Positions 44,471-52,768 of a DNA stretch of 64,000 bases are shown piece by piece. The stretch is from Hyphomicrobiales bacterium (GTDB lineage: Bacteria > Pseudomonadota > Alphaproteobacteria > Rhizobiales > Hyphomicrobiaceae): NCBI GenBank assembly GCA_031406575.1, contig JANOHP010000015.1, forward strand, positions 25,205-89,204, in the 5' to 3' direction. The translations under genes were made by a program, and so were the position numbers. Within the stretch, counting starts at the first letter, position 1. The number at the start of each line of letters is the position of its first letter. A model generated the notes under the pieces. The model was not told the origin of the DNA and did not search any database. It saw only the letters and a program-made list of their open reading frames with translations.

Positions 44471-44540
44471 CTCGCGTGCTCCTGGGTTGGGCGGGACCTC
44501 ATGATCCGACGTTCCAGACGCGCCGTCGAGGGTCGACAGC

Positions 44541-45929
44541 TCACCCCTCCTTGCCATCGGGCGTGCGCTTCTTCTTTTCCGGTGGCTTTTGCTGTGGGTT
44601 CTGTGCCGGCGGCGGGTTTGCAGCGCGCGGGGGCCCACCTTGCGGGGCGGCGCCAGGAGGAGGGCCACTGGGTCCGCGCACGCGCGGCTCACCCGATGAT
44701 TGCGCGGGAGGCGGCAGGATGCGGGGTTGAGCTTGTGGCGGTGGCGGCGCTGCGCGTTGTGGAACGGGTGGCGGGGCCGCGCGATTGCTGGGCGGCAGGA
44801 ACGTGCCCGGCTGCGGATTGCCCGACGGCGCGGGCGTGACCGTACGCGGTTGAAGGGGGGCAGGTTGCGCCGGCGTGATCGTTCGTGGCTGGGTTATACT
44901 CGGCTGCCCCTGCCCGCCCGGTGGCTGTGACTCCAGATTGCGGGCGCGAAAACCACCCCCACCAGCACCGCCCGGTGGTTGCACGACTTGCGGTTGGGAT
45001 GGTTGCGGCTGTATCACGCGCCCGGCATTGGGGTCGGGGCGGGGTTGAATCGACGGCTGATTTCCCGGCGCCACGCGTTGCGGGCGCTGACCGGCGCCCA
45101 GGCTGCGAGATTGAAATTCCGCCCTCGGCACGATGCGCGGGGGAGGCGTCGCGGCGACGGTGCCGACCACGCGCGGGCGGAAAACCTGCACGGAGCCGCC
45201 GGGTGCGCCAGCGCGCGCCCCTGAAACTTGCGGGCGGTTGCTGACGACGATGCGCACAGGCGTGATCGGGCGCCGGGTAATGGTTTCATAGCGGCGGCGG
45301 TCGAAGCCGGCGTTGAAGACGCCATGTCGGCCGTGATGATGGCTGCGCGGCACCCACGTGGTGGAGCGCAGGAAAACGGTGTTGCGCCGTGGCGGCAGGA
45401 TGTAGCGGTAAATCGCATACGTGGTGAGCGCCGCGACAGGCACGAACACCCACGCGGGCGACAGGTGGGGGCGATCGTAGTAGGTCGACGAAAACGTCAA
45501 AGCATCGTTGTGCCACTCGGCTTCGGGCGGCAACGGCACCCAACCGACGTGACTGTCACTATGGCGCCACGCCACCCATGCGGGACCCCACTCGCTGCCG
45601 GGTACCCAGAGCCAGCCGAGGTCTTCGTCGAGGAACCAGCGGCCATAATGGTAGACGGCCCAACCGAACGCCTCTTCGGACTGCCACAGCCAGCCATGCT
45701 CGTCGGTGAACACCCAACGTCCGCGCGTATAGGGGCGCCACTCCGGGTCCGTGTCCGGCGCCCAGACGCTGCCATATTGGGGATGATCGACCCAACGGCC
45801 GTAGGGTTCGAGCTGATGGTAGAACTCGCTGATCTGGATCGGCTCTTGCGCCTGTCCAGGTCCTGTCGAGACAACGACCGTCGTCGCCACGACGAGCAGC
45901 GCTGCGAGCAGAGTGCGGAGCGAATGCAT
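44541..45929 (-). CDS. secreted Trp-rich repeat protein with long Pro/Gln-rich C-terminal tail
   Basis: Signal peptide MHSLRTLLAALLVVATTVVVSTGPGQA. Repeated xGxW units follow (YGRWV, RGRWVF, HGWLWQ, FGWAVYHYGRWF, LGWLWVPGSEWGPAWVAW), then ~230 aa of P/Q/G/A-rich low complexity. Confidence 0.6.
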   Translation of the reverse strand: MHSLRTLLAALLVVATTVVVSTGPGQAQEPIQISEFYHQLEPYGRWVDHPQYGSVWAPDTDPEWRPYTRGRWVFTDEHGWLWQSEEAFGWAVYHYGRWFLDEDLGWLWVPGSEWGPAWVAWRHSDSHVGWVPLPPEAEWHNDALTFSSTYYDRPHLSPAWVFVPVAALTTYAIYRYILPPRRNTVFLRSTTWVPRSHHHGRHGVFNAGFDRRRYETITRRPITPVRIVVSNRPQVSGARAGAPGGSVQVFRPRVVGTVAATPPPRIVPRAEFQSRSLGAGQRPQRVAPGNQPSIQPRPDPNAGRVIQPQPSQPQVVQPPGGAGGGGFRARNLESQPPGGQGQPSITQPRTITPAQPAPLQPRTVTPAPSGNPQPGTFLPPSNRAAPPPVPQRAAPPPPQAQPRILPPPAQSSGEPRVRGPSGPPPGAAPQGGPPRAANPPPAQNPQQKPPEKKKRTPDGKEG

Positions 45930-46069
45930 GAGCGTTCTCGGTTGGTAGACGCGAATCGTCGATACGGTCCAAGCCTGTTGAATGTCCATGCACGATTGCC
46001 TGTGAACGTGTCGTGAATGGGGCGCAAAAACTCAGCGTTCTGCGCTGCTTGCGCACAGAAGCAGGGGTG

Positions 46070-46759
46070 TCAGTCGTGCACGATGACGACACACATGCGG
46101 CGCGGACCGTGCGCGCCCATGACGAGGCGCCCCCCGATGTCGCCCGTGCGCGATGGCCCCGAGATCATGTTGAGCGTGCGCGGCATCGTGCCTTTGCCGT
46201 AGAGCGCGCGTACCCGGTCGAACGCGGTCTCGTAGGGACCGACGATATCTTTGGCGCGCACGATGACGACGTGGTTCTCGGGCAGAAAATTGACGGTGAC
46301 GGGATTGTCAGTGCCGGATGCCAGGACGAGCGTACCAGTCTCGGCAACAGCGCTGATGGCATGGGTGAGGCCCACCTCGTCGGAGGGTGCGGCGCGACCC
46401 CTCTCGAGCGTCAGGGTGGGCTCATTCGACCACGGCAGGGCGCCCAGGCGGGGATCATCTCCCATACGCAGGCGCATGGGCAGATTGGTGCTGCGCAACC
46501 AGCCAGCGATCGCGGCGGGGATTTCGGCTGTATCTGTCACGTCGATGATCGCCGCCGACTGCGATGTGAGGTGGGCCTTGAAGAGCGTCTCCAAACCCGC
46601 AGCGTCCGTCTGCACGCGCTGTGGCACAACGTGTGGTGGCTGATCCGCGAGTCGTACGGCGACCACGGCGGACCGCTGGCTTGCTGATGTGCCACCGCTG
46701 AGTTTGGCCCGAATTTTCCCCAGAACGGCGTCGCGTCCGGAGCCCGCTCGCTCGCTCAT
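46070..46759 (-). CDS. lutC: lactate utilization protein C (LUD domain)
   Basis: MSERAGSGRDAVLGKIRAKL...AISAVAETGTLVL...NHVVIV...GPSRTGDI. The ATG at 46759 overlaps the lutB stop (ATGA). Confidence 0.8.
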   Translation of the reverse strand: MSERAGSGRDAVLGKIRAKLSGGTSASQRSAVVAVRLADQPPHVVPQRVQTDAAGLETLFKAHLTSQSAAIIDVTDTAEIPAAIAGWLRSTNLPMRLRMGDDPRLGALPWSNEPTLTLERGRAAPSDEVGLTHAISAVAETGTLVLASGTDNPVTVNFLPENHVVIVRAKDIVGPYETAFDRVRALYGKGTMPRTLNMISGPSRTGDIGGRLVMGAHGPRRMCVVIVHD

Positions 46760-48192
46760 CGGGGCACTCCCGCTTTGGTTTCCGCCCACAGTTGCTGAAA
46801 CGTGCGTCCTTGCGGCGCGGGCATATCGCGATGGCGCGTCCACCCACTGGCAAAGGGTAGCCAACGAAAGGCGCCACCCCGCAGTTTGCCAACGGCGCCC
46901 AGAGCCGCAATCCCCAGCCGCATCGCGACATGATAGGCGCGTGGGCGTCGTGCGAGGGCCGCCCAGACTTTGAGGCCGATGCGGGACGTCCGCGCGCCGC
47001 CGCCGCCCTCGAATTCCTTGGCGCGCCATTCGCGCATGAGATCGGGCAGTGGAATTTTGACCGGACACACGCTGGCGCAGCGTCCACAAAAGGTCGACGC
47101 GTTGGGCAGATGGCCGGCTTCTTTCAGTCCGATCAATGCCGGATTCAGCACCGCCCCGATGGGTCCCGGATAGACCCAGCCGTACGCGTGCCCGCCGACG
47201 GCGCCATAGACCGGACAATGGTTCATGCAGGCGCCACAGCGGATGCAGCGCAGTGCTTCCCTAAAGGGCGTGTCGAGCAGTGCGGAACGCCCATTGTCCA
47301 GAACGACCACATGATACTGCTCGGGACCATCGGGATCGCCGGGTCGGCGCGGACCGGTCGACAGCGTCATGTACGTCGAGAATTCCTGTCCCGTCGCCGA
47401 GCGCGCCAGGAGGCGCAGGAGCGTGGACAGGTCCGACAGCGTCGGGATCACCTTTTCTATGGAGGCGATGGCGATGTGCACCTTGGCCAGCGACTGGGTC
47501 AGATCGCCGTTGCCTTCGTTGGTCACGATGACTGAGGAACCCGTTTCCGCGATCAGAAAGTTGGCGCCCGTGATCCCCACGTCGGCGTTGATGAACTTGC
47601 CGCGCAGGATCTGGCGCGCTTCATCGACGAGTTGATGCGCCTCGACCAGCACGCGGTCTTTCGGCAGGTGCGTGTGCAGACGGCGGAAATCCTTCTCCAC
47701 CTCGGCCTGCGTCAGATGGATGGCGGGCGCAATGATGTGGCTCGGCGATTCCTTGCGGATCTGGACGAGATATTCGCCCAGGTCCGTCTCGACGACCTGC
47801 ATGCCGGCCGCTTCGAGGTGCGCATTGAGGCCCACCTCCTCGGAGATCATCGATTTGCCCTTGGTGACGAGCTTGGCGTCGACCGATTTGCAGATGTCGA
47901 GGATGATTCGACGCGCGTCGGCGGCCGTGGACGCCCAATGCACGATGGCGCCGGCAGCTTTCGCCTTGGCTTCCCAGGCTTCGAGATAGAGATCGAGATG
48001 CGCCAGGGTGTGGTTCTTGATATCGCGCCCGAAATCGCGCAGGTCCTCGAACTCCGGCAGCCGAGAGCGCGCCGCCGCCCGCCGCGTCACCAAGCTGTCG
48101 CCATGCGTCAACCCTGCGAGCGCGCGCTGCAGCTGCTCGTCGGCGAGCGCGGCTTTCGCGTTGTCCTTGAAGGCGTGGGCAGTGGGCTGCAT
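46756..48192 (-). CDS. lutB: lactate utilization protein B (4Fe-4S, LUD domain)
   Basis: Two ferredoxin-type motifs, CIRCGACMNHCPVY and CGRCASVCPVKIP, plus LUD-domain segments. Confidence 0.88.
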   Translation of the reverse strand: MQPTAHAFKDNAKAALADEQLQRALAGLTHGDSLVTRRAAARSRLPEFEDLRDFGRDIKNHTLAHLDLYLEAWEAKAKAAGAIVHWASTAADARRIILDICKSVDAKLVTKGKSMISEEVGLNAHLEAAGMQVVETDLGEYLVQIRKESPSHIIAPAIHLTQAEVEKDFRRLHTHLPKDRVLVEAHQLVDEARQILRGKFINADVGITGANFLIAETGSSVIVTNEGNGDLTQSLAKVHIAIASIEKVIPTLSDLSTLLRLLARSATGQEFSTYMTLSTGPRRPGDPDGPEQYHVVVLDNGRSALLDTPFREALRCIRCGACMNHCPVYGAVGGHAYGWVYPGPIGAVLNPALIGLKEAGHLPNASTFCGRCASVCPVKIPLPDLMREWRAKEFEGGGGARTSRIGLKVWAALARRPRAYHVAMRLGIAALGAVGKLRGGAFRWLPFASGWTRHRDMPAPQGRTFQQLWAETKAGVPR

Positions 48193-48657
48193 GGGTCGGG
48201 AGGTCCAGGGTTGTCGTGGGATCGCACGTTTACATAAGGGGAGTGAGCGGCGAAGTGCAGCGTTTTCGTTCGCGAATGACGGTTGTCATCCTGTCGCCCC
48301 AGCCGGACCCGCGCCGCATCGATGGGGCGTTGAGTGGCGCCGTAGATGGCGATGTTCTGGTCGATCACGACGACGGTTGTGACACGACCGATTCGGCCTC
48401 GGTGTCCAACGTCAAACCGTCACCGAAAATCCACATGCGGTGGATGAAATGCAGCACTCATCTAATCAGTGCGTGCACAACTCGAGCATTTACAACACGA
48501 TGTGCTGGTGGCTCCGCAGAACTGCTGTTTCGGGCCGCTGTTGAGAAGTCGTGGATAAGGCCGAAGCGCCACTATGACGAGCTCGTGGGGACTATTAGGC
48601 AATGCAACTCGTAACGCGTCCTTGTAGGTAAAACTCGTCGAGTAGAGGGTTAGTCGT

Positions 48658-49155
48658 ATGAAAGTTATCGCGGTCGTATCAGTGTCACTTTTAACTGCGT
48701 GTGCCATGCCGGCCACAGCCGAACACCGAAACCCCTTCAATGATTGGGGTTGGGCCGACAAAGCCATGAGCGAGACCCATACGCGAACGAGAAATGTACC
48801 TCGCTATCGCCCCGCCGGTGATCATTACCGGCGCTCCAATCATCATCACCCCAAGCCACCCGTGCATGGCCATTACGATCGCGATCGTGACCGCGACGAG
48901 TTGCGCGTCGACGCGCGATGCCGTCAAGACTTCCAGGCCGCCGGCGACCAAGCTCTGACCGAGCAGGGCGCCCGAGATGCCGCCGAGAAAGCCTTCCAGC
49001 AGGAAATACGCTTCGCTTATGGCGAATTGTGGGCAGATCCGTCGCATGCCCAAGACAAGACGTTCTTGTGCGTGAAATCGTCCGTCGGCGGCGGTCTGTT
49101 CCATCGGTGCAGAATGCGGGCGAAACCCTGCATGCCGGAAAAGCTGCGCCAGTAA
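48658..49155 (+). CDS. orphan lipoprotein, His/Asp-Arg-rich, unknown function
   Basis: MKVIAVVSVSLLTAC has a lipobox (LTAC). GAGGG lies ~10 nt upstream of the ATG. A strong terminator hairpin sits 30 nt after the stop. The local GC is clearly lower than the flanks. Confidence 0.6.
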   Translation: MKVIAVVSVSLLTACAMPATAEHRNPFNDWGWADKAMSETHTRTRNVPRYRPAGDHYRRSNHHHPKPPVHGHYDRDRDRDELRVDARCRQDFQAAGDQALTEQGARDAAEKAFQQEIRFAYGELWADPSHAQDKTFLCVKSSVGGGLFHRCRMRAKPCMPEKLRQ

Positions 49156-49185
49156 CAGCCGGGTCCGCCGCGATCTGAAAATTGA

Positions 49186-49222
49186 GGCCGGACACAGGCG
49201 TGTGTCCGGCCATTTTCGTCTT
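49186..49222. terminator. bidirectional intrinsic terminator
   Basis: GGCCGGACAC-AGGCGT-GTGTCCGGCC (10-11 bp stem) is followed by ATTTTCGTCTT on the plus strand and by TCAATTTTC on the minus strand. It lies between the lipoprotein stop (49155) and the lutA stop (49235). Confidence 0.7.
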
Positions 49223-49234
49223 ACGTATCGGCAC

Positions 49235-50005
49235 TCATCCCGCAATCGGGGGATCGGTCATCTCGCCGGCGAGCACTTCGGCCACGTGCCGCACGGCAAT
49301 GCCGCTGCCGTGCCGCCGCAGCTTGCCGGCCATGTTGAGCAGGCACCCCAAATCCCCCGCGAGGACGAGTTGCGCGCCGGTCTCGACGATGTTGGCGCAT
49401 TTCTTCTCGACCATGGCGTTGGAGACGTCACCGTATTTGATGGCAAAGGTGCCGCCGAAGCCGCAGCAGACTTCGCAATCGGCCATTTCGACGAGTTCAA
49501 GCCCGTCGACGGAGCGCAGCAGCGTGCGCGGTTGTTCTTTGATGTCGAGTTCGCGCAGGCCCGAGCAACTGTCGTGATAGGTAGCGGTGCCGGCGAGACG
49601 TTCGCCAACCTCGGTCATACCCCGCACGTCGACGAGGAACGACACCAGTTCATGAACCTTACCGGCGAAAGCCGTGGCGCGCGCTGCCCACGCGGGTTCT
49701 TCCGCCAGAAGTGCTGGATAATGCTTTTTCAGCATGCCCGCGCATGACCCGGACGGCGCGACCACGTAATCAAATCCTTCAAGCGCCGCGATCGTCTGTC
49801 GCGCGAGGTCGGCGCTCGTCGCCTTGTCGCCGGAATTGTAGGCCGGCTGGCCGCAGCAGGTCTGCCCCGTCGGCACCTCGACATCGCAGCCGGCGCGCTC
49901 GATCAGCTTGGCGGCGGCAAAGCCCACCGACGGCCGCAGCAAATCGATGAGGCAGGTGACGAACAGCGCGACGCGGGGTCGTGAGGTGGCGGCAGAGTGT
50001 TGCAT
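49235..50005 (-). CDS. lutA: lactate utilization protein A (CCG-domain Fe-S oxidoreductase)
   Basis: RVALFVTCLIDLLRP...GQTCCGQPAYNSG...YHDSCSGLR...CCGFGGTFAIKY. Start at ATG 50005 (ATG 50026 also possible). Confidence 0.85.
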   Translation of the reverse strand: MQHSAATSRPRVALFVTCLIDLLRPSVGFAAAKLIERAGCDVEVPTGQTCCGQPAYNSGDKATSADLARQTIAALEGFDYVVAPSGSCAGMLKKHYPALLAEEPAWAARATAFAGKVHELVSFLVDVRGMTEVGERLAGTATYHDSCSGLRELDIKEQPRTLLRSVDGLELVEMADCEVCCGFGGTFAIKYGDVSNAMVEKKCANIVETGAQLVLAGDLGCLLNMAGKLRRHGSGIAVRHVAEVLAGEMTDPPIAG

Positions 50006-50063
50006 GGGGCGGAGGGTTCCACTCATCGGGTGCGGACGTTCGCGTTCTAGCGAGCGATGTTGC

Positions 50064-51302
50064 TCACGTCCATTGCGGGTGCGTGCGTGGCTTGCGACGC
50101 GCACACGCCACGAGCACGACGATGATGGCGAAGTTGACGAGATTGGCCCCCAATCCGGCAGCAAATGCAGGAGCATAGTAGCCGTAGACATCGTGCAGGG
50201 CGCCAGCCAGCCAGCCGCCGAAGGCCATGCCGCTGGTTCCTGTCAACAACAGGACCGGCAGCCGCCAACTGGCCTCGCTGGCCGGGAAGAGCTGGCGTGC
50301 AGTGATCATGTACGCGGGGATGAGGCCGCTGAACCCCAGCCCGAACGCGGCGGCGACAAAAAACAGCCCCGCTTCGTCCTGGGTCACGAGAAACCCGAAA
50401 ACCGCCACCGCCTGCGCCGCCGAGCACACGAGCAAGGTCATCAGGCCGCCGATCCGATCCGACATCCAGCCCCAGAACTGCCGGCTGAAAAAGGCGCACG
50501 TGAGCAGCAACGACAACATGGCAGCGCCACGCCCGGGCAGAAATCCCAGGTCGCCGCAGAAGGCGATCAAGTGTGCCTGCGGCATCGCCATCGGCACGCA
50601 GCACAGGAATGACGCGATCCCCAGCATCGCAAACGCCGTGTTCGGGGGAAGGCCGAACACCGTCGTGGGGGATTGACTGCCGGCCCCGCCAATTCCCGAT
50701 ACCGACGCGGCGACCGGCGGCGGTTTCAGGAACAGTCCGGCCAACGGCACCACGACAATCGCCACGAGAAGGCCGAAGCCGATCATGGTCTGCTGCCAGC
50801 CGTATGCTGCAATGGCCCGCTCGAACAGAGGCGGCCAGAACGCGCCCGCCAGATATTGACCGCTCGCGATCAGCGCCATGGCCGCGCCACGACGTCGTTC
50901 GAACCAGCGGGTCACGTAGACGTAGAGCGGCGCGTTGATGCCGCCGTTGCCGAGAACGCCGATGAGCAAGCCGTGGCCGAGATAGAGTTGCCACGCCTCA
51001 CCCAGTGACGACAGCGCCAGTCCCGCCGCCACCATGACGGCCCCGAACATCGCCGTGAAGCGAACGCCGATCCGCTCCGCCACCTGTCCCATGAGCAAAC
51101 CGCCGACGCCGGTCCCCAGCCACGCCAAGGCATTGGCGGCCGCTGGAATGGAGCGATGGCCGCCCAAATCTTCCGCGACGGTCTTCAAGCCCGTCGAAAC
51201 CACATGGGGAGACCCAAAGGCGACCGCCAAAATGGTGAGCGAGGCAATGGCCGTAATCCAAGCCTCTCGGCTGTCCAATCCCGTCCGCTCCGCCACCACC
51301 AC
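50064..51302 (-). CDS. MFS transporter (possibly carboxylate/lactate-related by context)
   Basis: 412 aa with ~12 predicted TM segments, upstream of lutA on the same strand. Confidence 0.75.
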   Translation of the reverse strand: MVVAERTGLDSREAWITAIASLTILAVAFGSPHVVSTGLKTVAEDLGGHRSIPAAANALAWLGTGVGGLLMGQVAERIGVRFTAMFGAVMVAAGLALSSLGEAWQLYLGHGLLIGVLGNGGINAPLYVYVTRWFERRRGAAMALIASGQYLAGAFWPPLFERAIAAYGWQQTMIGFGLLVAIVVVPLAGLFLKPPPVAASVSGIGGAGSQSPTTVFGLPPNTAFAMLGIASFLCCVPMAMPQAHLIAFCGDLGFLPGRGAAMLSLLLTCAFFSRQFWGWMSDRIGGLMTLLVCSAAQAVAVFGFLVTQDEAGLFFVAAAFGLGFSGLIPAYMITARQLFPASEASWRLPVLLLTGTSGMAFGGWLAGALHDVYGYYAPAFAAGLGANLVNFAIIVVLVACARRKPRTHPQWT

Positions 51303-51449
51303 CTCGTTCGCCCCACCCTACAGTTCGTCGCCTGCTGCATTGTTGGCAGGAGGCTAATGCGATTGGCGGGGGAGCGCTATAGGGGTCGGGCGAAGTGTCG
51401 GGCGGAGTTGGGAACGGTTCCAGTGGACCGACATGGTTGCTTGGCGATC

Positions 51450-52613
51450 TTATTTCCGTTCGAGAACTTCGACGGCGAGTATCGTGGGCAAGTGGCGCGC
51501 GATCTCGTGCCAATTCTCACCCTCGTCGAAGCTCGCGAAAATCGAGCCGCTGTTGGTACCGAAATACACGCCAGCGGGATCGCGTTCATCGCCCGCCATC
51601 GCTTGACGCAACACGGTGAAGAAGCAGCCCTCCTGCGGCAAGCCTTTGCGCATGGCTTGCCAGTTTTGGCCGCCGTCGCGTGATCGCCAAACGGCTGCTG
51701 CGGCATCGGGCGGAAAGCGCCCGGCCATGTCGCCGTTGAGGGGCAGCGTCCACAGGGTGTTGGGATCGCGCGGATGGACGCGGATCGGGAAGCCGAAGGT
51801 CGACGGCAACCCCTCGGTCAGGTCGTCCCAGCTGCGGCCGCCATCGGCGGAGCGCCAAACGCCGTGGTGGTTCTGCTGGTAGAGCACGTCGCTCGTCCCC
51901 GGCGCGCGCATCATGTTGTGGACGCAATGCCCGATTTCGCCGTCGCGTGGCGCGGCAGGATGGTCGTGGTGACCGCAGGCTTGCGCGTTCGAGAGGCGGT
52001 TGCGGCGCTCCCACGTCGCACCGCCGTCCTCGGTCGCGAAGACGCCGGCAGAGGAGATTCCCACCCATAGTTTTTTCGCATTGTCGGGATCAGATACGAT
52101 GGTGTGCAGCACGAGGCCCGCAGCTCCGGGGTTCCAGCTTCCGGCAGACGGGTGATCCGTCAGGCCTTGTACGCGTGTCCAATCCTTGCCGCCGTTCTCA
52201 CTCGACAGAAGGCTTGCGGGTTTCGTGCCGGCATACAGCGTCCCGTGCGCGTAGCCCAGAGACCAGATTTGAGCGAATTCGCTGGTGAAGGGCAACGGTG
52301 CGTCGGACCAGCCGATCATTTTCGCGAAGTTGGAATCATTGGCGGCCCAATCATCCATCGCGCCTTTGGTCAGTCGGGAGACCGTCCAGTGTGCACCGCC
52401 GTCTTCGCTGCGCCAGACGCCAGCGCCATGGAAATCGCCACCACCTCCGGCCCAAATCGTACCGGTCTGCGGATCGCCAACCACGTGATTGATCGGCCAG
52501 CCGTCACAGTACGGTCCCCTGGCGCTCCAGCCGCTTCGATTCTTGTCGCCATCGATCAGGAACGCGCCCTTGGTTGTTCCCACGAGAAGGGTCATGCCGG
52601 AAGAAGTGGTCAC
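51450..52613 (-). CDS. BNR/Asp-box repeat beta-propeller protein (sialidase/Ycf48-like fold)
   Basis: Six SxDxGxxW boxes: SEDGGAHW, SENGGKDW, TEDGGATW, SADGGRSW, SRDGGQNW, SFDEGENW. Confidence 0.75.
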   Translation of the reverse strand: MTTSSGMTLLVGTTKGAFLIDGDKNRSGWSARGPYCDGWPINHVVGDPQTGTIWAGGGGDFHGAGVWRSEDGGAHWTVSRLTKGAMDDWAANDSNFAKMIGWSDAPLPFTSEFAQIWSLGYAHGTLYAGTKPASLLSSENGGKDWTRVQGLTDHPSAGSWNPGAAGLVLHTIVSDPDNAKKLWVGISSAGVFATEDGGATWERRNRLSNAQACGHHDHPAAPRDGEIGHCVHNMMRAPGTSDVLYQQNHHGVWRSADGGRSWDDLTEGLPSTFGFPIRVHPRDPNTLWTLPLNGDMAGRFPPDAAAAVWRSRDGGQNWQAMRKGLPQEGCFFTVLRQAMAGDERDPAGVYFGTNSGSIFASFDEGENWHEIARHLPTILAVEVLERK

Positions 52614-52768
52614 AACGCGCGCTCCTTATCCAAAAGAGATGCATAATTATAAAGTTGAGAGCAGCGCACCGCAATGCATCCGCAAGCCACGCCGAGGCGT
52701 GCGCGAGGATCGCAAGCGTCGTTCCGAGATCTGGCAAGGCTGCCGAGCGTGCGCGCCCCCCAACCCCT

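Noticed and set aside
44471-44540. Possible TPP riboswitch upstream of the NMT1/THI5-like gene
   Set aside because: Only ~70 nt are available, and I find no CUGAGA / ACCUGA-type conserved TPP elements on the coding strand.
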